A stretch of 42,261 nt of DNA, taken from NCBI GenBank assembly GCA_043814255.1, contig JBDRKD010000034.1:1-42261 (forward strand), in the 5' to 3' direction. Below the pieces are notes generated by a model. It saw only the letters and a list, made by a program, of their open reading frames with translations, had not been told where the DNA came from and did not search any database. Positions 1 to 7,948 of this stretch are shown here, one piece after another. The position numbers and the translations under genes are program-made. The stretch's first letter is position 1; every line of letters starts with the position of its first letter. The stretch comes from Candidatus Micrarchaeota archaeon. Lineage in GTDB: Archaea; Micrarchaeota; Micrarchaeia; Burarchaeales; JAKAKT01.

Positions 1-2
1 CC

Positions 3-653
3 CACCACCAGCTTGTTGTGGATACGTCATGCACCCAGGAGATCGGGGACCCATGCATCACCGATGCTGATTGCTGCGGCATACCCTGCTACGAGGATTT
101 CTTCGGGAGCAAGGAGTGTAATATATTCCCCCCTGCAAATATGCATTCCACTGCATATACTACCGACTCGGCATGCGCAGCCCCAGACCCGGACAACTGT
201 CTTGTGGATGCAGACTGCCCCTGCTCAGGGGAGTGCGTCACATATCCTGATGAGACGAACCCACCAACGTACATATCGGGGAATTGCGCGTTCCCAGACC
301 TTGACCAAACAGACTTCGCGCCATTTGTCGATCTCACTGACCTATCCCCCGGGACATGCAATTCCATGCTCTCTAAGTGCTGGTGGGTCAGGAACATGGG
401 TAAGGCTCCGGCATCAAAATCAAGGGTCATCGACATAAGCGAAGGTATGCTGGTATATCTTGTATCGCCGTTTCACTTGCCTAGCTTTGTGCTGATGGTG
501 CTCGAGTCATGGATTCCATACCTGTTGTGGCCCGTCATGGCGGCAGTAGTCCTTTCGATTCTGGACATCATCATATGCATAACGTTCTTCAAGAGTATCT
601 CCGAGGCCATAGGCGGAGAATCATCGATACTTGGCCTCACGAGGGCATTATGA
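3..653 (+). CDS. 5'-truncated membrane protein with Cys-rich extracellular repeats; first visible member of the tandem paralog array
   Basis: Frame is open from position 3. It has Cys-rich units (CITDADCCGIPC, CLVDADCPCSGEC) and ends ITFFKSISEAIGGESSILGLTRAL, the C-terminal motif shared with the downstream paralogs. Confidence 0.8.
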   Translation, partial: HHQLVVDTSCTQEIGDPCITDADCCGIPCYEDFFGSKECNIFPPANMHSTAYTTDSACAAPDPDNCLVDADCPCSGECVTYPDETNPPTYISGNCAFPDLDQTDFAPFVDLTDLSPGTCNSMLSKCWWVRNMGKAPASKSRVIDISEGMLVYLVSPFHLPSFVLMVLESWIPYLLWPVMAAVVLSILDIIICITFFKSISEAIGGESSILGLTRAL

Positions 654-662
654 GTGATATCA

Positions 663-1559
663 ATGGTACTTGAATGTTTCACTGGTCAGATGTATGGCAG
701 GGATATTTGGGTAATGTTATCCTTGCTCATCATGGTCCTCATAATATCGTTGGCATATATGGTCTCAAGGATTCTGCATAGGATTGAGTGGGAGGCCTGG
801 GCGAGGAACGAGAGCTACCAGGTAATAGTTTCAGCTGTCATCGCATCGAGCATGATATTCATTGCAGACATCTCATGCGTCGTTTCAACAGACCTTGCAG
901 GGGGCGATGCATTCGATATTGCGGAGCAATTCCTGACTTCGAATTACCATGAGGGAATATCTATAATCTACAGTCTCTACGGGATAGTTGCGCAGCTCGA
1001 TTTCATGGCGAACTTCCAGATAGCATCTGCCACAAACCCAATGTTCATTAAACCGATGTTCCCCGGACTCAGCGCAATTGCGCAGCATATACGCTCAGTA
1101 ATCGCCATCATTGCCCTTCTCTCAGGGAACCTTATGGTCCAGAAGATAGGGCTCGAGATAATAGAACAGATAGCATTCAATATCCTCCTCCCACTGGGCC
1201 TCGTGATGCGCGTGTTCCCATGGACACGCGATGCAGGCTCGTTCGTAATAGCTGTGGCATTCGGGTTCTACATAGTGTTTCCACTGACATATGTGATGGC
1301 ATCAGAGGTGATGGATGCACTTGCGCTTGATGACGAGGGTAATTGGACCAGCTTTGTTGGTTTGCCTGGGTTCCCGCTCCCGGGTCCAGGGGCATTCTTC
1401 CTCATAAACCTGTTCTTCGGCCCGCTCACCACACTATTCTATGACATCAGGAATCTTGACATTATCCTCGCAGCCACGTTCTTCCCAGTTCTCAGCATTA
1501 CAATAACTATAACATTTATCAAAGCCCTAACCAAAGCGATAGTACACCATACAGGATGA
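663..1559 (+). CDS. Polytopic membrane protein, CedA/VirB6-like paralog 2
   Basis: ORF 654-1559; ATG 663 preferred. Motifs WEAWARNESYQ, LLPLGLVMRVFPWTRDAGSFVIAVAFGFYIVFP and ITITFIKAL. Confidence 0.8.
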   Translation: MVLECFTGQMYGRDIWVMLSLLIMVLIISLAYMVSRILHRIEWEAWARNESYQVIVSAVIASSMIFIADISCVVSTDLAGGDAFDIAEQFLTSNYHEGISIIYSLYGIVAQLDFMANFQIASATNPMFIKPMFPGLSAIAQHIRSVIAIIALLSGNLMVQKIGLEIIEQIAFNILLPLGLVMRVFPWTRDAGSFVIAVAFGFYIVFPLTYVMASEVMDALALDDEGNWTSFVGLPGFPLPGPGAFFLINLFFGPLTTLFYDIRNLDIILAATFFPVLSITITITFIKALTKAIVHHTG

Positions 1560-1563
1560 TATA

Positions 1564-2868
1564 ATGGACAACAGAATGATTGCATTGTTCCTGTTCATTC
1601 TCCTAATCTCGTTTGGATGCGTATCCCGTTTCGCACCAGGGGGAGGGGCATGCACGGTACCTGGAGATAGCTGTGACCAAGCTTTAATCGATTTAGGCCT
1701 AGAGCCTCCATGCTGCCCAGGCACTGAATGCATCTCAAACCCTTTATCAGAACCAACGCGATGCCATTACACCCTCATGAGCTACTGGAGTTCATGGATC
1801 ACGTTGGCACTCCTAGCGATTCTGATATCTGCGTTCATCGTCGCCCTAGCTTACATGATTGCATACCTCCTGAGCAACCAGATGCTCCTTGCATGGGCGA
1901 AGAGCGAGTTCTTCCAGGTCATTGCATCAGCAGTCATTGTTGGCTCAATAATGGGCGTGCTGTTCTTGATGCAACAGACCATCGCTTCAGAGATCAACGC
2001 AGCTGGGGCGGCATCCGGTGTTCCATTCGACTTATGCGATGCAGCAACCGTATCTCCATCCGGCATTCCGAACTGCCATATCCTGCTCGCCCACGAATAC
2101 ATGCAAGTGATGTATGATGACGCAGGAGAACTGGCAAATAGCATCCTTGTCACCAACACCGTGTTCACCCTACTGAGGGGCCTCTCGTTAGGTGTGGAAT
2201 TATTCGCGCCTCCTTACTTCGGCATAAACGTCGTTCCGCTCGCAGGGCTTGGGATACCTGCGGAGACGTTGACAACTGCACTGGATGCAGTGCTAAAAAT
2301 CATGATGGTCATGAAGATGCAACAGCTGCTGCTGAATTATATAGAGTCTACCCTGTTCCCAGTCCTGATGATTATGGGACTGGTGCTTAGGTCGTTCTTC
2401 TTCACAAGGAAGCTCGGCGGCCTGCTAATAGCAATAGCCGTAGGTTTATACCTCGTATATCCATTGATTTATGTACTGGCCCACAATATCTGGCTCAATA
2501 CAATCTACAAGGACAGGGCACTTTCAACTAGCTACAATACAAACATAGACAGCTACCTTCTCTTCTCATATGTTGATGAGGACCTCATGAACGTCGTCCA
2601 TCCAGAGCTTGCTGTTGGGGAGACCCTGTTCGACAGGCTCATAAAAATGAGGGTGAACAGCGGGGGGCTATATAACAGCATTCTTCCATACATAAATGGA
2701 GATTTCATCATAGGCGATGGCGGGTATCTGGAGAAAACTGGCGTCATGCTGGTATATGCGACATTCATCCCATTTATTGCCCTTATGGTGACAATAGGTT
2801 TCGTGAGGGGCCTTTCCATAGCATTGGGCGGAGATGTTGAGATCGCAGGCCTCACCAAATTCATATGA
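1564..2868 (+). CDS. Polytopic membrane protein, CedA/VirB6-like paralog 3, with lipobox and Cys-rich N-terminus
   Basis: Signal peptide ending LISFGC, then a Cys-rich segment. Motifs LAWAKSEFFQ, GLVLRSFFFTRKLGGLLIAIAVGLYLVYP and GFVRGLSIALGGDVEIAGLTKFI. Confidence 0.82.
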   Translation: MDNRMIALFLFILLISFGCVSRFAPGGGACTVPGDSCDQALIDLGLEPPCCPGTECISNPLSEPTRCHYTLMSYWSSWITLALLAILISAFIVALAYMIAYLLSNQMLLAWAKSEFFQVIASAVIVGSIMGVLFLMQQTIASEINAAGAASGVPFDLCDAATVSPSGIPNCHILLAHEYMQVMYDDAGELANSILVTNTVFTLLRGLSLGVELFAPPYFGINVVPLAGLGIPAETLTTALDAVLKIMMVMKMQQLLLNYIESTLFPVLMIMGLVLRSFFFTRKLGGLLIAIAVGLYLVYPLIYVLAHNIWLNTIYKDRALSTSYNTNIDSYLLFSYVDEDLMNVVHPELAVGETLFDRLIKMRVNSGGLYNSILPYINGDFIIGDGGYLEKTGVMLVYATFIPFIALMVTIGFVRGLSIALGGDVEIAGLTKFI

Positions 2869-2878
2869 TGTGTTTTGG

Positions 2879-4012
2879 ATGAAGAAGAACGGACTTGCAT
2901 TTAAGGCGTTCCCACTGCTCCTAGCAGCAGTTCTTCTCAGCGGGTGCGCCGGTCTGACAGTTTCTTCAATTGGGGGGGCTCTTCCATCAGATCTCCCCGA
3001 CTGGCTCCCAATAGCAATCATCGCAACAGCCATATCATTCATGATAATCTCCATAGTGTACCTGGTCGGCACACTGCTCAATGTGCAGGATCTTGTGCTC
3101 TGGGCGAAAAACGAATTCTTCCAATCAGCAGCTGTTGTCATAATGCTCAGCATACTCATGGTGTTCTTCAGCTTTCTGGATACTATGCTCATCCCAGGCA
3201 TAACGGCCACCTCAAGCGGAGGCCCTTTCGACATTAGTGCGAACAACATCTTCGATGCAGCCCAGAACTACCTTGCAAACATCAATGCAATATTCATTGC
3301 AGAGTTCACAGCCCTCCTGTACCTTAATGTGACCCTCGGCCTTTTCCAGGACGCCACAATCAGGGTCATGCCAATGGGTATCGGGTTCATCATACAGCCA
3401 GGAGCGCTCTTCACGCCACTGTTCCATTTCGTTGGCTATGGGTTGAATTTTCTTGGAATAGCAATATGGGCAGTCCAGATCCAATACGCGATACTGGAGT
3501 TCTCCAAGAACTACATGTTCAAGCTGTTCCTTCCGCTTGGTATAGTCTTCCGCTCAATGCCATTCACAAGAGGCCTAGGCGCGGTCCTGATAGCCATTGC
3601 AATAGCTTTCTATGTAGTATACCCACTCACATTCGTGCTTAACATGGAGATAGCGACAAATCACTATTCATCAGTCAATCATGCTCTGCTCATAACAGAT
3701 TTCAATGCATGGGTCTTCAATTTCGCCAAGGGAAACCCATTTGGTTCAGGCGATCTAAATATACTCAACTACTTATGGTATATCGCAAGGCTCATTATGG
3801 TAGTCGGTGTAACGTCCCTCTCGCTCCCGTTATATCTCTGCGCCAATCTCTTCGGCGATACCGGCATAGTGCAGGAGATGTTCTATGCAGTGATAACATT
3901 CACGATGATTCTTCCAATAATAAACGTCTTCATCACATTCACATTCGCAAGAGGGCTGGCGAATATCCTTGGTGCTGACGTCGATCTGAGTAGCATAACA
4001 AGGTTGATATGA
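2879..4012 (+). CDS. Polytopic membrane protein, CedA/VirB6-like paralog 4, with lipobox
   Basis: ATG 2879 gives MKKNG...LLSGC. Motifs VLWAKNEFFQ, LPLGIVFRSMPFTRGLGAVLIAIAIAFYVVYP and TFARGLANILGADVDLSSITRLI. Confidence 0.82.
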   Translation: MKKNGLAFKAFPLLLAAVLLSGCAGLTVSSIGGALPSDLPDWLPIAIIATAISFMIISIVYLVGTLLNVQDLVLWAKNEFFQSAAVVIMLSILMVFFSFLDTMLIPGITATSSGGPFDISANNIFDAAQNYLANINAIFIAEFTALLYLNVTLGLFQDATIRVMPMGIGFIIQPGALFTPLFHFVGYGLNFLGIAIWAVQIQYAILEFSKNYMFKLFLPLGIVFRSMPFTRGLGAVLIAIAIAFYVVYPLTFVLNMEIATNHYSSVNHALLITDFNAWVFNFAKGNPFGSGDLNILNYLWYIARLIMVVGVTSLSLPLYLCANLFGDTGIVQEMFYAVITFTMILPIINVFITFTFARGLANILGADVDLSSITRLI

Positions 4013-5124
4013 TGTACAGGAGGACATTAAGGACATTGGCGTTGTTCCTGCTCCTTATCAGCATTGCGCATGCGCAACCGACTGCGTGCGATGCAATACA
4101 GATAACAAACTACTGGAACCTCCGCTTCGGCTCATGGCCGGACATATGCATGCTCGGCATGCTGATATCATTCTTCATAATCTCCGCACTATACATGATC
4201 TCACATCTCCTTGGGAAACCAGGTCTGGCGGCGTGGTGCAAGAAGGAGATATTCCAGATAGCGATTACCGGAATGATTCTGGCAGGGATATTCGGCTTCA
4301 TGACATTCACATGCACATACATAAAACCGTCCCTCTTGGTCGATGTTCCGCCTGGACACACTGATGATTTATTCGAATATTCCAAGGAATATGTTCGGTG
4401 GCTCAGGGACACATCATACAAGAGCTATGTTTCGATGTCCCTAATGAATTCAGTAATTTCCGGGATATCCATGACGTATGTGCGTTCGAGCCCAGGCGGT
4501 TTCGGCATAGACCTCCGGCCGTTGCAGGGTCTCTCAGCCATAGGTGGGCTGTTGTCATTTTCCATGAACTCAGTCCTTATTGGTGGTGTAATAACAAGTA
4601 TAGCCCACCTCAGGATGCTGAAGGCAGTTGAGATAATGATGTTCAACATACTGCTTCCAGTGGGACTGGTGTGCAGGTGTTTTGAGCCGATAAGGAGATT
4701 TGGAGGTTCACTCATAGCAATAGCACTGGGTTTCTACCTATTCTATCCGTTCCTACTAATCATAAATGCAGGCATCATTGAGGGGAATCTTTTGATTGAC
4801 GCAGATGTGGACGCCTCAGTTTCTACCGTTGGAGCATGGGACTATGTCAATGAACTCTCCCTGGACGTGAATTACCACAGATATATGGATGCCCATGACC
4901 CTAGCTACCTTGACCCAAATCTCGCCACCGAAGGTCCTGGCCACATTGAAATGACGAATTACGCGAATATATTCGACATCCTCTACGATATAGCGCTATA
5001 CATACTCATAGCAGCACTCTTCCTCCCACTTTTCAATTTCATACTCCTCATAGCGTTTATCAGAAACCTGTCACAGGTTCTTGGGGAGGAGGTCGACGTA
5101 AGCCACCTCACCAGGATGATTTGA
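4009..5124 (+). CDS. Polytopic membrane protein, CedA/VirB6-like paralog 5
   Basis: ATGA overlap with the previous gene. Signal peptide (AHA-Q). Motifs AAWCKKEIFQ, LPVGLVCRCFEPIRRFGGSLIAIALGFYLFYP and FIRNLSQVLGEEVDVSHLTRMI. Confidence 0.82.
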   Translation: MMYRRTLRTLALFLLLISIAHAQPTACDAIQITNYWNLRFGSWPDICMLGMLISFFIISALYMISHLLGKPGLAAWCKKEIFQIAITGMILAGIFGFMTFTCTYIKPSLLVDVPPGHTDDLFEYSKEYVRWLRDTSYKSYVSMSLMNSVISGISMTYVRSSPGGFGIDLRPLQGLSAIGGLLSFSMNSVLIGGVITSIAHLRMLKAVEIMMFNILLPVGLVCRCFEPIRRFGGSLIAIALGFYLFYPFLLIINAGIIEGNLLIDADVDASVSTVGAWDYVNELSLDVNYHRYMDAHDPSYLDPNLATEGPGHIEMTNYANIFDILYDIALYILIAALFLPLFNFILLIAFIRNLSQVLGEEVDVSHLTRMI

Positions 5125-6180
5125 ATGAAGAGAAAAACAATTGCATTGCTCCTGATCCTGCTGCTTCCTAGCATGGCATTTGCGCAGTGGGCGGACGATA
5201 TGCGTAATCTGGTGGCAGCCCAATGGAGCAGCGGCTCCTGGGACGTGCTATGTGGTTTGGCGCTGTTCATATCGTTCCTCATAGCCATCTTGGCGTATAT
5301 GCTATCCGTAATCATTGGGTCCCCAGACCTCAAGCGTTGGGCCAAGGTGGAGTTCGTGCAAGTGGCAGCCTCCGCCGCGTTGGTCCTGGGGTTAATAGTG
5401 TTTGTAAACCTGCTGCTCAGCAGCATATCTGGAATTGCTTTTGACTTGGCCGATACGTCAACACCCGCAGTTCCGCTCCCTGATCTTCGCAAGGAAAACC
5501 CCTTCGCCGTTGCCCACTATTATCTTGATGTCCAGATGAATTGTGTGAAGAACTACTATCGCATAGTGTTCATCCTTAACTTCCCTCTGGAGATAATCGA
5601 GAAGACAGTGTTGCCTACTGGTGGCATGGAGGAGGTTACGGGCTGGCCCCTGAGCGGCCCAGTCGGTTTCCTGTATTGGATGGAGCATCAATACACATTC
5701 ATCCTTCTTGCAGGCTATTTCCAACGCCATCTCCTCGTGTTCATAGAGGATAATATGTTCACGCTATTCCTTCCATTGGGCATATTCCTGAGAATCCTGC
5801 CATACACGCGAGGGGCCGGCGGTGTGTTGATGTCAATCGCAATCGGGATGTTTGTTGTTTTCCCAACGATGTATGCCGTTCTTCTTGTGGCAATGCCCGA
5901 TGTGCCATGCGCAGAAACAGCTCCAAGCGTCTATGCTTGCGGTTCTCCAGAACCGCGCTGTCTTGCCTACTCCCTTTCATATATGCGGGATCACCGCAAC
6001 TTCGTGAACCTTGAGAACTTCATCAAGACAATTGCAATGGAACTAAACCTCATAATGATTTCCTCAGTCATCTTCCCACTAGTCAACATAACAGTTACAA
6101 TCACATTCATCCGTGCAATCATGCAGTTCCTTGGGGCAGATGTCGCCGAGATGGGCCACGGGATAATAAAGATAATCTGA
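5125..6180 (+). CDS. Polytopic membrane protein, CedA/VirB6-like paralog 6
   Basis: Abuts the previous stop (TGAATG). Signal peptide (AFA-Q). Motifs LKRWAKVEFVQ, LPLGIFLRILPYTRGAGGVLMSIAIGMFVVFP and TITFIRAIMQFLGADV. Confidence 0.82.
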   Translation: MKRKTIALLLILLLPSMAFAQWADDMRNLVAAQWSSGSWDVLCGLALFISFLIAILAYMLSVIIGSPDLKRWAKVEFVQVAASAALVLGLIVFVNLLLSSISGIAFDLADTSTPAVPLPDLRKENPFAVAHYYLDVQMNCVKNYYRIVFILNFPLEIIEKTVLPTGGMEEVTGWPLSGPVGFLYWMEHQYTFILLAGYFQRHLLVFIEDNMFTLFLPLGIFLRILPYTRGAGGVLMSIAIGMFVVFPTMYAVLLVAMPDVPCAETAPSVYACGSPEPRCLAYSLSYMRDHRNFVNLENFIKTIAMELNLIMISSVIFPLVNITVTITFIRAIMQFLGADVAEMGHGIIKII

Positions 6181-6277
6181 GACCTGGGTCCTAAGAATCA
6201 GAAGCCCTCTCCCTCAGAGAACTCGTTTTTTGTGAACGAGAAACAAATCCTCATTTAAGGAGGAGGGACATTACGAA

Positions 6278-6562
6278 TCAGCTAGTTGGTGGAAGTTTTG
6301 GTTTTGGAGGGTTAGGTTTAGCTGTATGACCATAAATCAATCCGAATACCCATAGCAAAATACCGATAACCATAATTGAAAACTTCAGAGGGGTCCAAAA
6401 AGTTACTTCTTCCCAACTACCACTCATGGGAGGAAACGTCGCACATGAAGTAAAAAACAACCACAGAAACCCAAGTGCAAAAAGAACGGCTCCTCCTTTT
6501 TTGAATGTGTCTGGTTTATTCAATTCACCAATTAATCCCATACATTCAACTATAATTTCCAC
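6278..6562 (-). CDS. Small two-TM hypothetical membrane protein with Pro/Lys-rich tail
   Basis: Two hydrophobic segments; C-terminus PNPPKPKLPPTS; more AT-rich than its neighbours. Start uncertain. Confidence 0.6.
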   Translation of the reverse strand: MEIIVECMGLIGELNKPDTFKKGGAVLFALGFLWLFFTSCATFPPMSGSWEEVTFWTPLKFSIMVIGILLWVFGLIYGHTAKPNPPKPKLPPTS

Positions 6563-6644
6563 TGTATTTATTGGTTTCTACTTGGGTTTGAGTATCAGCT
6601 CCCCCACGTTATCAATAACCCACTCGACTTCCTGAATCCTGCAA

Positions 6645-7190
6645 TCAGACCTCTGCTTTCCCCCAATCCAACTCGAAATTCTCGGTGAATTCCCTCGCCA
6701 CCCCCCCATCATCAATGAGAACAGAATACTCCCTGTTCTTCTTGAGCGCGCTGTATGACCAGTTAGTGCTCCCCACCAATACTCTCTTCCCATCCACTAT
6801 CATTGCTTTCGTATGTGTCAACTTATACTCAAGCGATGCCCACCTTACCTCAAGTCCGCCTGCCCTAAGGTACTCCATCATCTCAAGGTTTGGGTTATCT
6901 CCAAAAAGCCTGGGCTCAAGTATCACACGCACCCTAACTCCCCGTTCCCTAGCCCTAATGAGCTCGTCTGCAAGAGGTTCATAGTTGAACAGGTACATCT
7001 CCAAGTCTATTGTCTCCCCTGCGCTCCGTATAACTCCTATGATATCATCCTCAGCATCCGGCGAGAATATGTACTCAATCTCCCCATTGATGCATCCACT
7101 CTTCTCTTCCACATGCATCGATGAAAAGGCAAGGAATCCAAACAGCACACCCAAAACAAACACTGCCAAAAGCAGAAGTTGCTTGTGCAT
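6645..7190 (-). CDS. Membrane-anchored phospholipase D superfamily protein with a single HKD motif (Nuc-like nuclease or lipid enzyme)
   Basis: N-terminal TM anchor; HTKAMIVD (HxKxxxxD) followed by GSTNWS and NRE. Confidence 0.88.
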   Translation of the reverse strand: MHKQLLLLAVFVLGVLFGFLAFSSMHVEEKSGCINGEIEYIFSPDAEDDIIGVIRSAGETIDLEMYLFNYEPLADELIRARERGVRVRVILEPRLFGDNPNLEMMEYLRAGGLEVRWASLEYKLTHTKAMIVDGKRVLVGSTNWSYSALKKNREYSVLIDDGGVAREFTENFELDWGKAEV

Positions 7191-7223
7191 ATCGTTTTAT
7201 TACTAACACCACAATTAATAAGC

Positions 7224-7916
7224 ATGGATGCAAAGTTGGAGTCTGACCCATACAAGCTGTTTCCTGGGAAAAGCATAGTGGTGATGGGCCATCTGTTCTC
7301 GGAAGCGGAACGTTACGTGTACTATTCAGCCAACAGGTTCATCAAGAAAGAAGAGGATAACTGGGCCATATGGATATCAACAGACACCCCATACGGGAAG
7401 ATAAAGGAGAAATTTAAGGAATATGGCTTTTTGCTTGAACAACAGGAGGCACATCCTATTGCAGAACTCCCAGATGAAGCGAACAAGAACATACTCTTCT
7501 TGGACATGATATCCCACAGGGCCGGCGTTTCCCGCAAAAAGCACGATGACTGCAGATACCTCCAAGACCCAAGCAACCTTACCGAACTATCCCTAGCGAT
7601 AAACGAAGTGCTGGCGAAGAGGAAATGCGGTCTGATAATTCTGGATTCTCTCAATAGCCTATTGGTATACAACGACCTGACCAAGACCCTCCAGTTCCTG
7701 CGGTTCCTCTCAGCGGCGGTTTACGAGAAGAAGATGACCCTTGTGGTCTATTTCGTTCTTGGGGAGCAGGACCCGAAGATAGAGACATCAATAAAGATGG
7801 CCGCAGATGCGTCGATTATTTTCGATAGCGACCACATGTCTATCCAATTCGGTTCATCCCAAAAAGCATTCAGATTCGAGTTCTCAGGAGAAGAGCTTAA
7901 ACTCTTCAATCCATAG
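7224..7916 (+). CDS. Degenerate KaiC/RecA-like ATPase-domain protein
   Basis: Walker B-like LIILDSLNSLL and DPSNLTELS are present. The expected Walker A position reads VMGHLFSEAE, with no GKT. Confidence 0.75.
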   Translation: MDAKLESDPYKLFPGKSIVVMGHLFSEAERYVYYSANRFIKKEEDNWAIWISTDTPYGKIKEKFKEYGFLLEQQEAHPIAELPDEANKNILFLDMISHRAGVSRKKHDDCRYLQDPSNLTELSLAINEVLAKRKCGLIILDSLNSLLVYNDLTKTLQFLRFLSAAVYEKKMTLVVYFVLGEQDPKIETSIKMAADASIIFDSDHMSIQFGSSQKAFRFEFSGEELKLFNP

Positions 7917-7948
7917 TCTCATATCTCTTTGCGGATTCTTTGAGCACT

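Noticed and set aside
6578-6793. 71-aa ORF as a real gene
   Set aside because: Mostly overlaps the PLD gene in another frame; at most the last ~20 codons are a remnant.
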